Sequence record: AY576273.1 | Length of the DNA: 32,000 nt | Reading direction: 5' to 3' (one strand) | Source of the DNA: Alphaproteobacteria phage PhiJL001 | Shown: positions 1-8,232 of the stretch, piece by piece | Position numbering within the stretch: the stretch's first letter is position 1 | Layout: the number at the start of each line of letters is the position of its first letter | Translations under genes and position numbers: made by a program | Notes under the pieces: generated by a model | What the model saw: the letters and a program-made list of their open reading frames with translations, nothing else | What the model was told of the DNA's origin: nothing | The model's database searches: none

Positions 1-1
1 A

Positions 2-718
2 AGGGTCCTGAAGAAGGACGCGCTCGACCTCCCCGACAAGCTCTACCAGCACGTTCGCTTCGAGATGTCTCCGGAGCAGTGGAAGATGTACGAGCAGATC
101 CGAGAGGAGCTCATGGCCATGGTCCGGGCGGACGGCTCCGACATCGAGACCCTGCTGACCGCCGAGCTCCCCATCGTCAACGTGCTCCGCCTCTACCAGA
201 TCACGGCCGGATACCTGCCGTTCCAGGAGGACGTGAACGGAGAGCCGGTGGAGCGCGTCCACACCTTCAAGGAGAACCCGCGCCTGGAGACCGCGCTCGC
301 CGAGCTGCGAAGGCAGACGGACAAGACGGTCGTCTGGTGTCGATTCACGCGCGACATCGACCTGCTCACCGCTGCCCTGGGCAAGTTTGCCGTGCGCTTT
401 GACGGGTCCATCAGCGAGGACGAGAGGGCCCAGAACAAGCAGGAGTGGCTCAAGGGAGACGCCCAGTACCTGGTCCCGCAGATCCAGGCGATGGCGAGGG
501 GACACACTCTCAACATTGCTCCATACGTCCTGTACTATACAAATGACGCCAGACTCAGACTGCGCAGGCAGTCGGAGGACCGCACCCACCGTGGCAAGAT
601 GAACTTCTCCGTTCTATACGGGGACATGCTCGCCTCTGACACGGTGGACGAGAAGCGAGTCAAGTCCCTCCGGAAGAAGCTGGCAGTCGCAGAGACGATA
701 ATGGGAGACAACGAATGA
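2..718 (+). CDS. SNF2-like DEAD/DEAH-box helicase, C-terminal part (5' end outside window)
   Basis: Frame stays open to the window start (RVLKKDALDLPDKLYQHVRFEMSPEQWKMY). Helicase_C-like motifs KTVVWCRF, VRFDGSISEDER, and ARGHTLNIAPYVLYYTND..LRLRRQSEDRTHR matching the SNF2 motif V/VI pattern. Confidence 0.88.
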   Translation, partial: RVLKKDALDLPDKLYQHVRFEMSPEQWKMYEQIREELMAMVRADGSDIETLLTAELPIVNVLRLYQITAGYLPFQEDVNGEPVERVHTFKENPRLETALAELRRQTDKTVVWCRFTRDIDLLTAALGKFAVRFDGSISEDERAQNKQEWLKGDAQYLVPQIQAMARGHTLNIAPYVLYYTNDARLRLRRQSEDRTHRGKMNFSVLYGDMLASDTVDEKRVKSLRKKLAVAETIMGDNE

Positions 719-1071
719 CGGTGTACGCGGTTCAGTCGCCGAGACACAGGCAGCACGGGCAGATGGTGCCCAAGTATGACCTGGCACCGGCCGAGGAGTT
801 CGGCGAGGTGGTCGAGCTCCTGTCTCCGACGGCGAAGCCCTTCAATCCGAAGCCCCTCATTGACGAGCTCTACGTGAAGCTGGAGAAGTTCTCCGACGAC
901 GACCACATCATCTGCATTGGCAACCCCATCCTGCTCTCCATGGCAGTCACGATAGCGTCCGATGTCAACAACGGCAGGGTCAAGCTCTTGCAGTGGCACG
1001 GTCACCAGGGAAAGTACATCTCTGTGCAGGTTGACATGGGGTTTACTTCTGCGTCGGACGAGGCTATGTAG
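715..1071 (+). CDS. conserved-looking phage hypothetical protein
   Basis: 118 aa ORF, 4-nt ATGA overlap with the upstream helicase. Confidence 0.75.
   Translation: MTVYAVQSPRHRQHGQMVPKYDLAPAEEFGEVVELLSPTAKPFNPKPLIDELYVKLEKFSDDDHIICIGNPILLSMAVTIASDVNNGRVKLLQWHGHQGKYISVQVDMGFTSASDEAM
1042..1070 (+). promoter_or_regulatory. promoter P1, TTTACT-17-TATGTA, embedded in the 3' end of the 715-1071 ORF
   Basis: GGGTTTACTTCTG shared with five other sites; -10-like TATGTA after 17 nt. Confidence 0.6.
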
Positions 1072-1089
1072 TTCTGACCGGCCCAGGAC

Positions 1090-1109
1090 CCTGTCTCTTC
1101 GGAGACGGG
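1090..1109 (+). other. hairpin with TTCG tetraloop in the leader downstream of P1
   Basis: CCTGTCTC-TTCG-GAGACGGG, 8 bp stem with one G-U pair. Confidence 0.6.
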
Positions 1110-1129
1110 AGACTGACCGGAACGCCAGA

Positions 1130-1162
1130 CCCCTCGTCTCCTGTTCAGTCCAGGACGAGGGG
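1130..1162 (+). terminator. strong hairpin, attenuator/terminator or structured leader
   Basis: Perfect 9-nt arms CCCCTCGTC / GACGAGGGG; no clear U tract. Confidence 0.5.
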
Positions 1163-1187
1163 CGCGGCCCACAGGGGAGTCTAGAGC

Positions 1188-1424
1188 GTGTTGTACAGAG
1201 ATTGGAAGTACGAGGCCTGTCCAGTGGCCGAGGGGCGAGTTGACCACACCGCCTACAATCTTGTGACAAAGAGCCACGTCGCGGTCCATCACCAGCCGAC
1301 AGAGGCCATGACAGAGTCCTCCTTCAAGTTTCACGTACAGAATGACTTCCGCATGAAGCAGAACGGCATCAACTATTCCAACTGGTGCCACGCGGACATA
1401 GAAAAGGAGAGAAGCTGTGACTGA
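1188..1424 (+). CDS. hypothetical protein
   Basis: 78 aa ORF, GTG start, overlaps the next gene slightly. Confidence 0.5.
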   Translation: MLYRDWKYEACPVAEGRVDHTAYNLVTKSHVAVHHQPTEAMTESSFKFHVQNDFRMKQNGINYSNWCHADIEKERSCD

Positions 1425-1977
1425 TAGCGCATGGGCCGAGTACGCCGAGGACCACCAGGACGCGCCACCCGCCGCTGGCAGCAATGCCAAGGCCGTCCTC
1501 GAGACACAGGTCAACGAGATGTGGGAGGCCGAGAAGGAGGTCGCCGCTCTCGAGGCCAAGCTCAAGGAGGCCAAGGAACGCCTCCGGAAGTACTCCGAGG
1601 AGACCATTCCCAACACCCTCGAGGACATGGGACTGGAGGAGGTCACAGTCACTGGCGGCCTCAAGGTCAAGATCCGGACGTCTGTGCACGCGTCCCCCAA
1701 GAAGGAGAACCGCGAGGCGGTCTACGACTGGCTGGAGAAGCACGGGCACGGTGGTTTGATCAAGCGCCACGCCATCTTCACGGTCGGTCGTGACAACGAG
1801 CGGCAGGCGAAGTCCTGGATCAAACGAATCAAAGCCTTCCCCGGACTGTTCGAGCGCAAGGTGGAGTCAGCGACGCTGCGCTCCTTTGTGAACCAGTCCA
1901 TAGAGGAGGGCACCGAAATTCCGATGGAGCTGTTCGGAGCCTACACGAGGCGTGTAGCCGAAGTGAAGTCGGGATGA
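1417..1977 (+). CDS. hypothetical protein with N-terminal coiled coil
   Basis: 186 aa; heptad-rich EKEVAALEAKLKEAKERLRKYSEE segment; located just before the SSB-like gene. Confidence 0.8.
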   Translation: MTDSAWAEYAEDHQDAPPAAGSNAKAVLETQVNEMWEAEKEVAALEAKLKEAKERLRKYSEETIPNTLEDMGLEEVTVTGGLKVKIRTSVHASPKKENREAVYDWLEKHGHGGLIKRHAIFTVGRDNERQAKSWIKRIKAFPGLFERKVESATLRSFVNQSIEEGTEIPMELFGAYTRRVAEVKSG

Positions 1978-2022
1978 GGGGCGATCTAGCCCCACCCAGC
2001 AACCAAGCGAAAGGAAAGAGCA

Positions 2023-2823
2023 ATGGCTACAAAGGCAGTTGCAAAGAAGGAAGAGACGGCCCTGGCCGAGGCATGGGGCGACTATGCCGGAGCCACGGGC
2101 TACGAGGACGCGGACCGCTCTGAACTTGCGATCCCGTTCATCAACCTGCTCCAGTCCAACTCGGAGCTGGTCGAGGAGAACAAGGCGAAGGCCGGACAGT
2201 TCTTCAACAACGTCATGGAGACCATCCACGACTCGTTGACGATCATTCCGTGTGCTCGCCAGCGTGTCTTCGTCGAGTGGGTCCCGATCGATGACGGTGG
2301 CGGTCTCGTCGCTGTCCACGAGCCGGACTCCGCGTTCGTCCAGAAGGCGATCAGTCTGAACGACGGAAGCACACGGGACATCAAGGTGGCCGATGGCAAG
2401 CACGAGCTCATCGAGACCATCTACCTGTTTGTCCTGGTGCTCGACGAAGACGGCAATGCCGAGCGCGCTGTGATCTCCTTCAGCTCCTCGAAGCTGAAGA
2501 AGTATCGTCAGTTCTTCACAAAGGCCACCTCCCAGACCGTCGCTGTCAACGGACGCAAGATCAAGCTGCCCCTCTGGGCGCATCGCTGGACTGTTGTGTC
2601 CGAGGACGACGTCTCCAAGACCAATGGCAGGAAGTTCAAGAACATCTCACTCCAGTGGGATGGGGACACCGCGAAAGAGTGCCGTCTCACCCCTCGGGAC
2701 GAGCTCTTTGCGATGGGCCAGGGCTTCCATGACATGGTCGCTGGCGGCGAGGCCAAGGCCGACCTGTCCACGGTCGACAAGGCCGAGGGCTCTTCGGAGG
2801 ACGGAGAGGAGATTCCGTTCTAG
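2023..2823 (+). CDS. putative ssDNA-binding or recombination protein with SSB-type acidic C-terminal tail
   Basis: 266 aa; acidic C-terminus EGSSEDGEEIPF resembles the DDDIPF tip of bacterial SSB; replication-cluster context. Confidence 0.65.
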   Translation: MATKAVAKKEETALAEAWGDYAGATGYEDADRSELAIPFINLLQSNSELVEENKAKAGQFFNNVMETIHDSLTIIPCARQRVFVEWVPIDDGGGLVAVHEPDSAFVQKAISLNDGSTRDIKVADGKHELIETIYLFVLVLDEDGNAERAVISFSSSKLKKYRQFFTKATSQTVAVNGRKIKLPLWAHRWTVVSEDDVSKTNGRKFKNISLQWDGDTAKECRLTPRDELFAMGQGFHDMVAGGEAKADLSTVDKAEGSSEDGEEIPF

Positions 2824-2854
2824 GGCGCTGCCCCTGACCTAGGACGGATCAGAG

Positions 2855-2890
2855 CGGCCCCGGCCTTGCCTCCCCAGCCGGGGCCGTTCC
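2855..2890 (+). terminator. candidate terminator hairpin
   Basis: Perfect 10-nt inverted repeat CGGCCCCGGC / GCCGGGGCCG with 12-nt loop in an intergenic gap; weak U tract. Confidence 0.6.
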
Positions 2891-2918
2891 CCAAGTTCAA
2901 TAGAAATGGAGAACACCC

Positions 2919-3416
2919 ATGCCGATAGTCACCACCCACGAGAAGTCACCGACGGAGTTCTCGTCGTTCGTCGTCCACATGGCACAGCTCAATCCGAGTG
3001 GCTTCCGCCAGCCTGGGCGTCGCCCCGGCTCCACCTCCCTCCCCGAACTCGCCATGCTGGGAGCCGGAGAGGTCAAGCTCCACGAGCTCCGTCCGGAGCG
3101 GTCCGAGCGCTCCCGCTGGAGACGGCGAATGGCCGAGCTCACAAGAGAGCGCGTCCGCGTTGACCAGGCGCAGGGCCTGGAGCTCCGGCGCAACACAATG
3201 CACGGCCGCAATCGCCGCCGTCACATGAGATACATCGGCCTGATGACTGGGTACAGACAGCTGGTCGGACAGACCGCCATTGTCTGGCTTCATCCCGGAC
3301 GAGAGACCGTCCTGGCTCAGTTCGACGAAAGGGAGCTGGTCCACCCGAAGACGTTCAAGAAGCTCGGCTATGACAAGCACGAGTTCCACATCTCAGACTT
3401 CGAGGACGCCGCATGA
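2919..3416 (+). CDS. hypothetical protein
   Basis: 165 aa ORF, leader AGAAATGGAG about 10 nt upstream, ATGA overlap with the helicase gene. Confidence 0.65.
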   Translation: MPIVTTHEKSPTEFSSFVVHMAQLNPSGFRQPGRRPGSTSLPELAMLGAGEVKLHELRPERSERSRWRRRMAELTRERVRVDQAQGLELRRNTMHGRNRRRHMRYIGLMTGYRQLVGQTAIVWLHPGRETVLAQFDERELVHPKTFKKLGYDKHEFHISDFEDAA

Positions 3417-4618
3417 AGTGGGGAGCCCAACAGAACACGGCCCTGAGCCGGGTCGACGAGTGGCTGGCATCCGGCCACTCCCCCATATTCCGGCTCTTCG
3501 GCTACGCGGGGACGGGCAAGACCACGCTGGCCAAGCACCTGGCCGAGGGCGTCTCGGGCCGAGTGAAGTTCGCCGCGTACACTGGCAAGGCGGCCCAGGT
3601 CCTCAGCGAGAAGGGCTGCCCGGCCACCACAATACACAAGCTGATCTACGTGCCCAAGAGCAAGTCCAAGACCCGGCTGAACGGGCTGCAGCAGCAGCTT
3701 GTTGACATGGTTCGCGACCTAAGCCAGACGCTGACCCAGGCGCAGATAGACCAGCGGTCGGACGTGCTGAAGTGCAGGGCGCAGATCAAGGAGGAGGAAG
3801 AGAACCTCCGAGGCATGATGTTCCAGAAGAACCTGGAGTCAGAGCTCTACGGCTGCTCGCTCCTGGTCGTTGACGAGTGTTCGATGGTCGACATGCAGGT
3901 CGGTCAAGACCTCCTCTCCTTCGACGTCCCCATCCTCGTGCTCGGCGACCCGGCCCAGCTCCCGCCCGTCATGGGAGGTGGCTTCTTCACGGAGGCCAAG
4001 CCGGACATGATGCTGACGGACATCCACCGCCAGGCCAAGGACAACCCCATCATCGAGATGGCGACCCGCGTCCGCGAGGACAGAGGTCTGCCCCTGGGCT
4101 CCTATGGAGACTCGGCCGTGCACCGATTTGGGACGCCAATGGAGGACATCGCACGTCGAGCCGACCAGCTTATATGCGGCCGCAACAAGACGCGTCGAGC
4201 GGCGAATAAGAGGATCCGCCAGTTCAAGGGCTTCGAGGGAGACCTCCCGGTGGTCGGCGACCGGCTCGTCTGCCTGTCCAATGACCACGAGGAGGGCCTG
4301 CTCAACGGCCAGATCTGGATCGCGGCGGCGGACGCGCAGGACGCCGGGGAGACGTACCTCCTCACAGCGTATCCCGAGGACAACGAAGCCAACGTCAAGG
4401 AGATGACGGTGTGGGCGACGGAGCCGGACTGGCACGAGCGCCGAGAGGCCCAGTCGTTTGACTTCGGCTACTGTCTGACGTGTCACAAGTCCCAGGGCAG
4501 CCAGTGGGACCACGTCATGGTCATGGACGAGAGCCGCTCGTTCAAGAAGGATGCGAACAGGTGGCTCTACACGGCCATCACGAGGGCCGCCGAAAGAGTT
4601 GACGTGGTGGGAATGTGA
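3413..4618 (+). CDS. RecD/Dda-like superfamily 1 DNA helicase
   Basis: Walker A GYAGTGKTTLAKHL, motif Ia AAYTGKAAQVL, Walker B VVDECSMVD, GDPAQLPPV, C-terminal YCLTCHKSQGSQWDHVMV and WLYTAITRA. Confidence 0.93.
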   Translation: MKWGAQQNTALSRVDEWLASGHSPIFRLFGYAGTGKTTLAKHLAEGVSGRVKFAAYTGKAAQVLSEKGCPATTIHKLIYVPKSKSKTRLNGLQQQLVDMVRDLSQTLTQAQIDQRSDVLKCRAQIKEEEENLRGMMFQKNLESELYGCSLLVVDECSMVDMQVGQDLLSFDVPILVLGDPAQLPPVMGGGFFTEAKPDMMLTDIHRQAKDNPIIEMATRVREDRGLPLGSYGDSAVHRFGTPMEDIARRADQLICGRNKTRRAANKRIRQFKGFEGDLPVVGDRLVCLSNDHEEGLLNGQIWIAAADAQDAGETYLLTAYPEDNEANVKEMTVWATEPDWHERREAQSFDFGYCLTCHKSQGSQWDHVMVMDESRSFKKDANRWLYTAITRAAERVDVVGM

Positions 4619-6423
4619 CCTTTTCCCGCGCGATCCCACCGACTACTCTGGTGGCTTTCGACCACCTGTCAAGGAAGAACAAAATGCACGGACCAACACT
4701 GGCCATTTCGGAAGAGATTCACGCGGAGAAGTACAGAGGAGAGGGGGAGAGCTTCAGAGAGGGGATGGGCCGTGTCGCCAACGCCCTCAAGGACGGCGAA
4801 GAGCACTACAAGGAGCTGCGAGAGATCCTCCTCGACATGCGCTTCATGCCAGCGGGCCGCGTCCAGGCCGCCATGGGATCCACTAAGAACGTCACCGCGT
4901 ACAACTGCTATGTGTCAGGCACCATCGAGGACTCGTTCATAGACGGCCACGGCTCCATCATGGAGCGCGCCAAGCAGGCCGCCGCCACCATGCGGATGGG
5001 AGGTGGCATCGGCTACGACTTCTCCACCCTCCGTCCCAACGGAGCCCTCATCAAGAAGCTCCAGTCGCGGTCCTCCGGGCCGCTCTCCTTCATGCAGATC
5101 TACGACTCCGTGTGCAAGTGCGTCGCCAGCTCTGGCCACCGCCGTGGCGCGCAGATGGGCGTCCTCCGAGTGGACCACCCGGACATCGAGGAGTTCATTC
5201 GCGCCAAGCACAACGAGGACAACCTCACCGGGTTCAACACCTCCATCGCCATCACCGACCGCTTCATGGAGTGCGTCATATCTGGCGAGCCCTTCCCTCT
5301 CACGTTCGGCGGCGAGACCTATCGGTCCATCAACGCCGAGAACCTCTGGGAGATGATCATGCGGTCCACGTGGGACTGGGCCGAGCCCGGCACCCTGTTC
5401 ATCGACCAGATCAACCGCATGAACAATCTCAAGTACTGCGAGACCATCGCCGCCACCAATCCCTGCGGCGAGCAGCCCCTCCCACCGTACGGTGCCTGCC
5501 TCTTGGGCTCCTTCAACCTCGTCAAGTATGTCAAGCCATTCACGGGCCGGGTGTTCGTCGTCGGGGCTGACTCCCGCTGGACCTTCGACTGGGACCTGTT
5601 TGCCACGGATGTGTACGCGGTCGTCCGCGCCATGGACAACGTTGTCGACCGGGCCATCTACCCGCTGTTCGAGCAGGAGAAGGAGGCCAAGTCCAAGCGC
5701 CGCATGGGACTGGGTGTCACAGCCCTCGCCAACGCGGCCGAGGCGCTCGGAATGCCGTACGGCTCCATCGAGTTTCTCAAGTTCGAGGGACAGGTCCTGG
5801 AGACGCTGGCGTGCAACTCCTATCAGGCCTCCGTCGAGCTGGCCCAGGAGAAGGGCGCGTTCCCGCTGTACGACGAGCGCTACCTGGACTCTGAATACGT
5901 CCGCCAGGTCCTTCCAGAGGAGCTCCAGGAGGACATCGGCCGCTACGGGATACGCAACTCCCACCTCACGTCCATCGCTCCCACAGGGACGATCTCGCTG
6001 ACGGCGGACAACGTGTCCTCTGGCATCGAGCCGGTCTTCAGCTACGGCTATGATCGCACGGTGCACATGCCGGACGGTGTTCGCACGGAGCGGGTGGACG
6101 ACTACGGTGTCCGCGTGTTCGGCGTCGAGGGAAAGACCTCGGACCAGGTCACGGCCGAGGAGCACGTGGACGTTCTCACAGTCGCCCAGGGCTTCGTGGA
6201 CAGCGCGGTCAGCAAGACCTGCAACGTCGCGCCTGACATGCCCTGGGAGGACTTCAAGCAGATCTACTTCCGCGCCTGGGAGGGCGGTGCCAAGGGCTGC
6301 ACCACCTTCAACTCCGGCGGGAAGAGATTCGGTGTGCTACGCTCCGATGACGACGACCAGTCGAACATCGAGGGCGAGGCGTGCTACATCGACATGGAGA
6401 CGGGCCGCCGAGAGTGCGGCTAG
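4615..6423 (+). CDS. nrdJ: ribonucleotide reductase large subunit, probably class II (adenosylcobalamin-dependent)
   Basis: GGGIGYDFSTLRPNG, GAQMGVLRVDHPDIEEFI, NPCGEQPLPPYGACLLGSFNL, SIAPTGTISLTADNVSSGIEPVF; no NrdB-like gene in the window. The family is clear; the class assignment is inferred. Confidence 0.88.
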   Translation: MTFSRAIPPTTLVAFDHLSRKNKMHGPTLAISEEIHAEKYRGEGESFREGMGRVANALKDGEEHYKELREILLDMRFMPAGRVQAAMGSTKNVTAYNCYVSGTIEDSFIDGHGSIMERAKQAAATMRMGGGIGYDFSTLRPNGALIKKLQSRSSGPLSFMQIYDSVCKCVASSGHRRGAQMGVLRVDHPDIEEFIRAKHNEDNLTGFNTSIAITDRFMECVISGEPFPLTFGGETYRSINAENLWEMIMRSTWDWAEPGTLFIDQINRMNNLKYCETIAATNPCGEQPLPPYGACLLGSFNLVKYVKPFTGRVFVVGADSRWTFDWDLFATDVYAVVRAMDNVVDRAIYPLFEQEKEAKSKRRMGLGVTALANAAEALGMPYGSIEFLKFEGQVLETLACNSYQASVELAQEKGAFPLYDERYLDSEYVRQVLPEELQEDIGRYGIRNSHLTSIAPTGTISLTADNVSSGIEPVFSYGYDRTVHMPDGVRTERVDDYGVRVFGVEGKTSDQVTAEEHVDVLTVAQGFVDSAVSKTCNVAPDMPWEDFKQIYFRAWEGGAKGCTTFNSGGKRFGVLRSDDDDQSNIEGEACYIDMETGRRECG

Positions 6424-6438
6424 AACAGGAGAAGAGAA

Positions 6439-6861
6439 ATGGAAATGTTTGTCGAGAGTCAAGTCGTGACTCCGAGCTACAGCATGCTCACCCTCACGGA
6501 CGAGTACATGCCGCTGCTGACGGACGGTCCCAGCAACACCATCCGGAAGCTCTCGGAGAAGTACGAGAACATGATGCCGGGCCAGATGGTCGAGATGACC
6601 TACGTCCCCGCCGAGTATGTGACGGAGGACGGCAAGGTGGTCGAGGGCGCAATCCTCGCCACCGAGCGCCTGACGGTGTCGGGCGTGGTCATCGCCCCGT
6701 ACCAGCAGATCATCGCGCACCACCTATTCATGAACCACGGCGCGCTTGCTGACCAGGCCACGGACCACTTCGAGAAGATCGGCAAGACGCGCGAGTTCTT
6801 CGAGAAGTGCTACGGCGAGGTGAACGACCTCGACATGTACATGGCGATCTACTTCGCATAG
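6439..6861 (+). CDS. hypothetical protein
   Basis: 140 aa ORF with RBS-like ACAGGAGAAGAG upstream. Confidence 0.75.
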   Translation: MEMFVESQVVTPSYSMLTLTDEYMPLLTDGPSNTIRKLSEKYENMMPGQMVEMTYVPAEYVTEDGKVVEGAILATERLTVSGVVIAPYQQIIAHHLFMNHGALADQATDHFEKIGKTREFFEKCYGEVNDLDMYMAIYFA

Positions 6862-6873
6862 GAGACCTCAGAA

Positions 6874-7452
6874 ATGGAGAAGAACCCAAAGGACATCGCC
6901 GCGACGAGCCGCGTTCCCCTGCACTTGCTGCCACACATCGGCCGGGTCTGGGGAGCCATGGCCTGTCGCGACGGTGCCATCAAATACGCGCCGTACAACT
7001 GGCGCGACAAGCCGATCTCCATGATGGAGTACCTCGGCGCGCTGGAGCGGCACATCGCCGCCTTGGCAGGAGGCGAGTGGTTCTCGCCCGACACCGACCC
7101 GCCCGTCCCCCACCTTGGGCACATCATCGCCACCGCCGCCATCCTCCTCGACGCCGAGGCCTGTGGCACTCTGATTGACGACCGACCGGAGAAGAACGGG
7201 GCGGTGCCTCAGCTGCTGGTCGACCTCCGTGAGATCTTGGAGAACATGAACAATGCAAAAGACACTTCTGGTGGGAATGGCACCGGGACAGAAGACGAGC
7301 CCGAGGGCTCCACTGTTCCCGAAGCCGAAGAGCTCGGCGGGATACAAGCTCTCAGCGCTAACGGGGTTGACGGCGGCCGAGTACTTGAAGTCGTTCGACC
7401 GAGTGAACTGCCTGACGACCTTTCCGGGGAAGGATCCCAATCAAAAGGGTGA
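6874..7452 (+). CDS. DUF5664-like (dATP/dGTP diphosphohydrolase N-terminal-like) protein
   Basis: PLHLLPHIGRVWGAMACRDGAIKYAPYNWRDK..MMEYLGALERHIAALAGGEWFSPDTDPPVPHLGHIIATAAILLDA matches the remembered pattern of this family; low-complexity C-terminus. Confidence 0.7.
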   Translation: MEKNPKDIAATSRVPLHLLPHIGRVWGAMACRDGAIKYAPYNWRDKPISMMEYLGALERHIAALAGGEWFSPDTDPPVPHLGHIIATAAILLDAEACGTLIDDRPEKNGAVPQLLVDLREILENMNNAKDTSGGNGTGTEDEPEGSTVPEAEELGGIQALSANGVDGGRVLEVVRPSELPDDLSGEGSQSKG

Positions 7453-7723
7453 CTTCTTTCCGATTCGCGAGGCGCGCAAGGCGGCCGACATCCACAAGCA
7501 GTACTTCCGTGGGCGTCGCGTCGTGTTCGTCGGGCGGCAGGTGGCGGAGGCCTTTGGCTTCCGTCGGGAGAAGCTGGACTGGTTCCAGTGGACGGTCTGC
7601 GACTTCTGGAAGTATCGGTGCTCTGTCATCCCGCACACCTCTGGATGCAATCACTTCTGGAACAGCCCGGAGAACCGCGAGCAGGCACAAAAGTTCTTCC
7701 AGGAGATAATTTCTTCAAAATAG
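7253..7723 (+). CDS. uracil-DNA glycosylase superfamily-like protein
   Basis: LLVGMAPGQK (GxAPG motif), DRVNCLTTFPG, GRRVVFVGRQVAEAFGF, and C-terminal VIPHTSGCNHFWNSPENR (cf. PHPS-G-N-x-W-N). Overlaps 6874-7452 by 200 nt in another frame. Confidence 0.65.
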   Translation: MQKTLLVGMAPGQKTSPRAPLFPKPKSSAGYKLSALTGLTAAEYLKSFDRVNCLTTFPGKDPNQKGDFFPIREARKAADIHKQYFRGRRVVFVGRQVAEAFGFRREKLDWFQWTVCDFWKYRCSVIPHTSGCNHFWNSPENREQAQKFFQEIISSK

Positions 7724-7726
7724 GGG

Positions 7727-7755
7727 TTTACTTCTGAACAGTCTCGAGGTATGGT
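7727..7755 (+). promoter_or_regulatory. promoter P2, TTTACT-17-TATGGT
   Basis: Intergenic GGGGTTTACTTCTGAAC box, 17-nt spacer, downstream leader CAGAAATGGAG. Confidence 0.7.
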
Positions 7756-7788
7756 CACTCCATCATCAACGCAGAAATGGAGACTACA

Positions 7789-8232
7789 ATGTACACTATC
7801 GACACAATGGGTGAGAAGCACGAGATCGAGAAGAAGGAAGATCTCGAGGCCGTCTCCACCAAGGTACTCGTCAACGAGTACAACCTCCTCGCAGGCAAGT
7901 CCATCAAGAAGTTCTCTGACCGTGCCACCGCCATCAGCCGCGTGTGGGAGCTGATCCAGGGCGTCGACGTCGCTCCGAAGGACATCCCCACCAAGTCGCA
8001 GAGCACCGGCCGGAAGTCCGCCCTGAACAAGCTGGCAGTGATCCGCGTCACCGCCGACGAGAACCCGAAGCGTCCTGGCTCGCAGGCCCACGCCAACTTC
8101 GAGAAGTACGAGGACGGCGACACCATCGAGTCTGTCCAGAAGAAGGGTGTCACCCTGGCTGACATCCGCTGGAACCTGAGCAAGGGCTTCATTGAACTCG
8201 AGGAGCCGACCAAAGATGAAGAGGCTGAGTGA
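7789..8232 (+). CDS. conserved phage protein with SAM-like/DUF3489-like N-terminal region
   Basis: VLVNEYNLLAGKSIKKFSDRATAISRVWELIQ. Start moved from 7777 to 7789 so that AGAAATGGAG serves as the RBS. Confidence 0.75.
   Translation: MYTIDTMGEKHEIEKKEDLEAVSTKVLVNEYNLLAGKSIKKFSDRATAISRVWELIQGVDVAPKDIPTKSQSTGRKSALNKLAVIRVTADENPKRPGSQAHANFEKYEDGDTIESVQKKGVTLADIRWNLSKGFIELEEPTKDEEAE

Noticed and set aside
715-1071. Antisense ORF 535-1269 on the minus strand as the real gene
   Set aside because: The + strand ORF is translationally coupled to the helicase, and all other genes in the window are on the + strand.
4915-6165. 416-aa minus-strand ORF antisense to ribonucleotide reductase, and similar antisense ORFs at 13966-15066, 17026-17979 and 18040-19377
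   Set aside because: All mirror well-supported + strand genes; translations are low-complexity Val/Leu/Arg/Asp-rich without recognisable motifs or RBSs.
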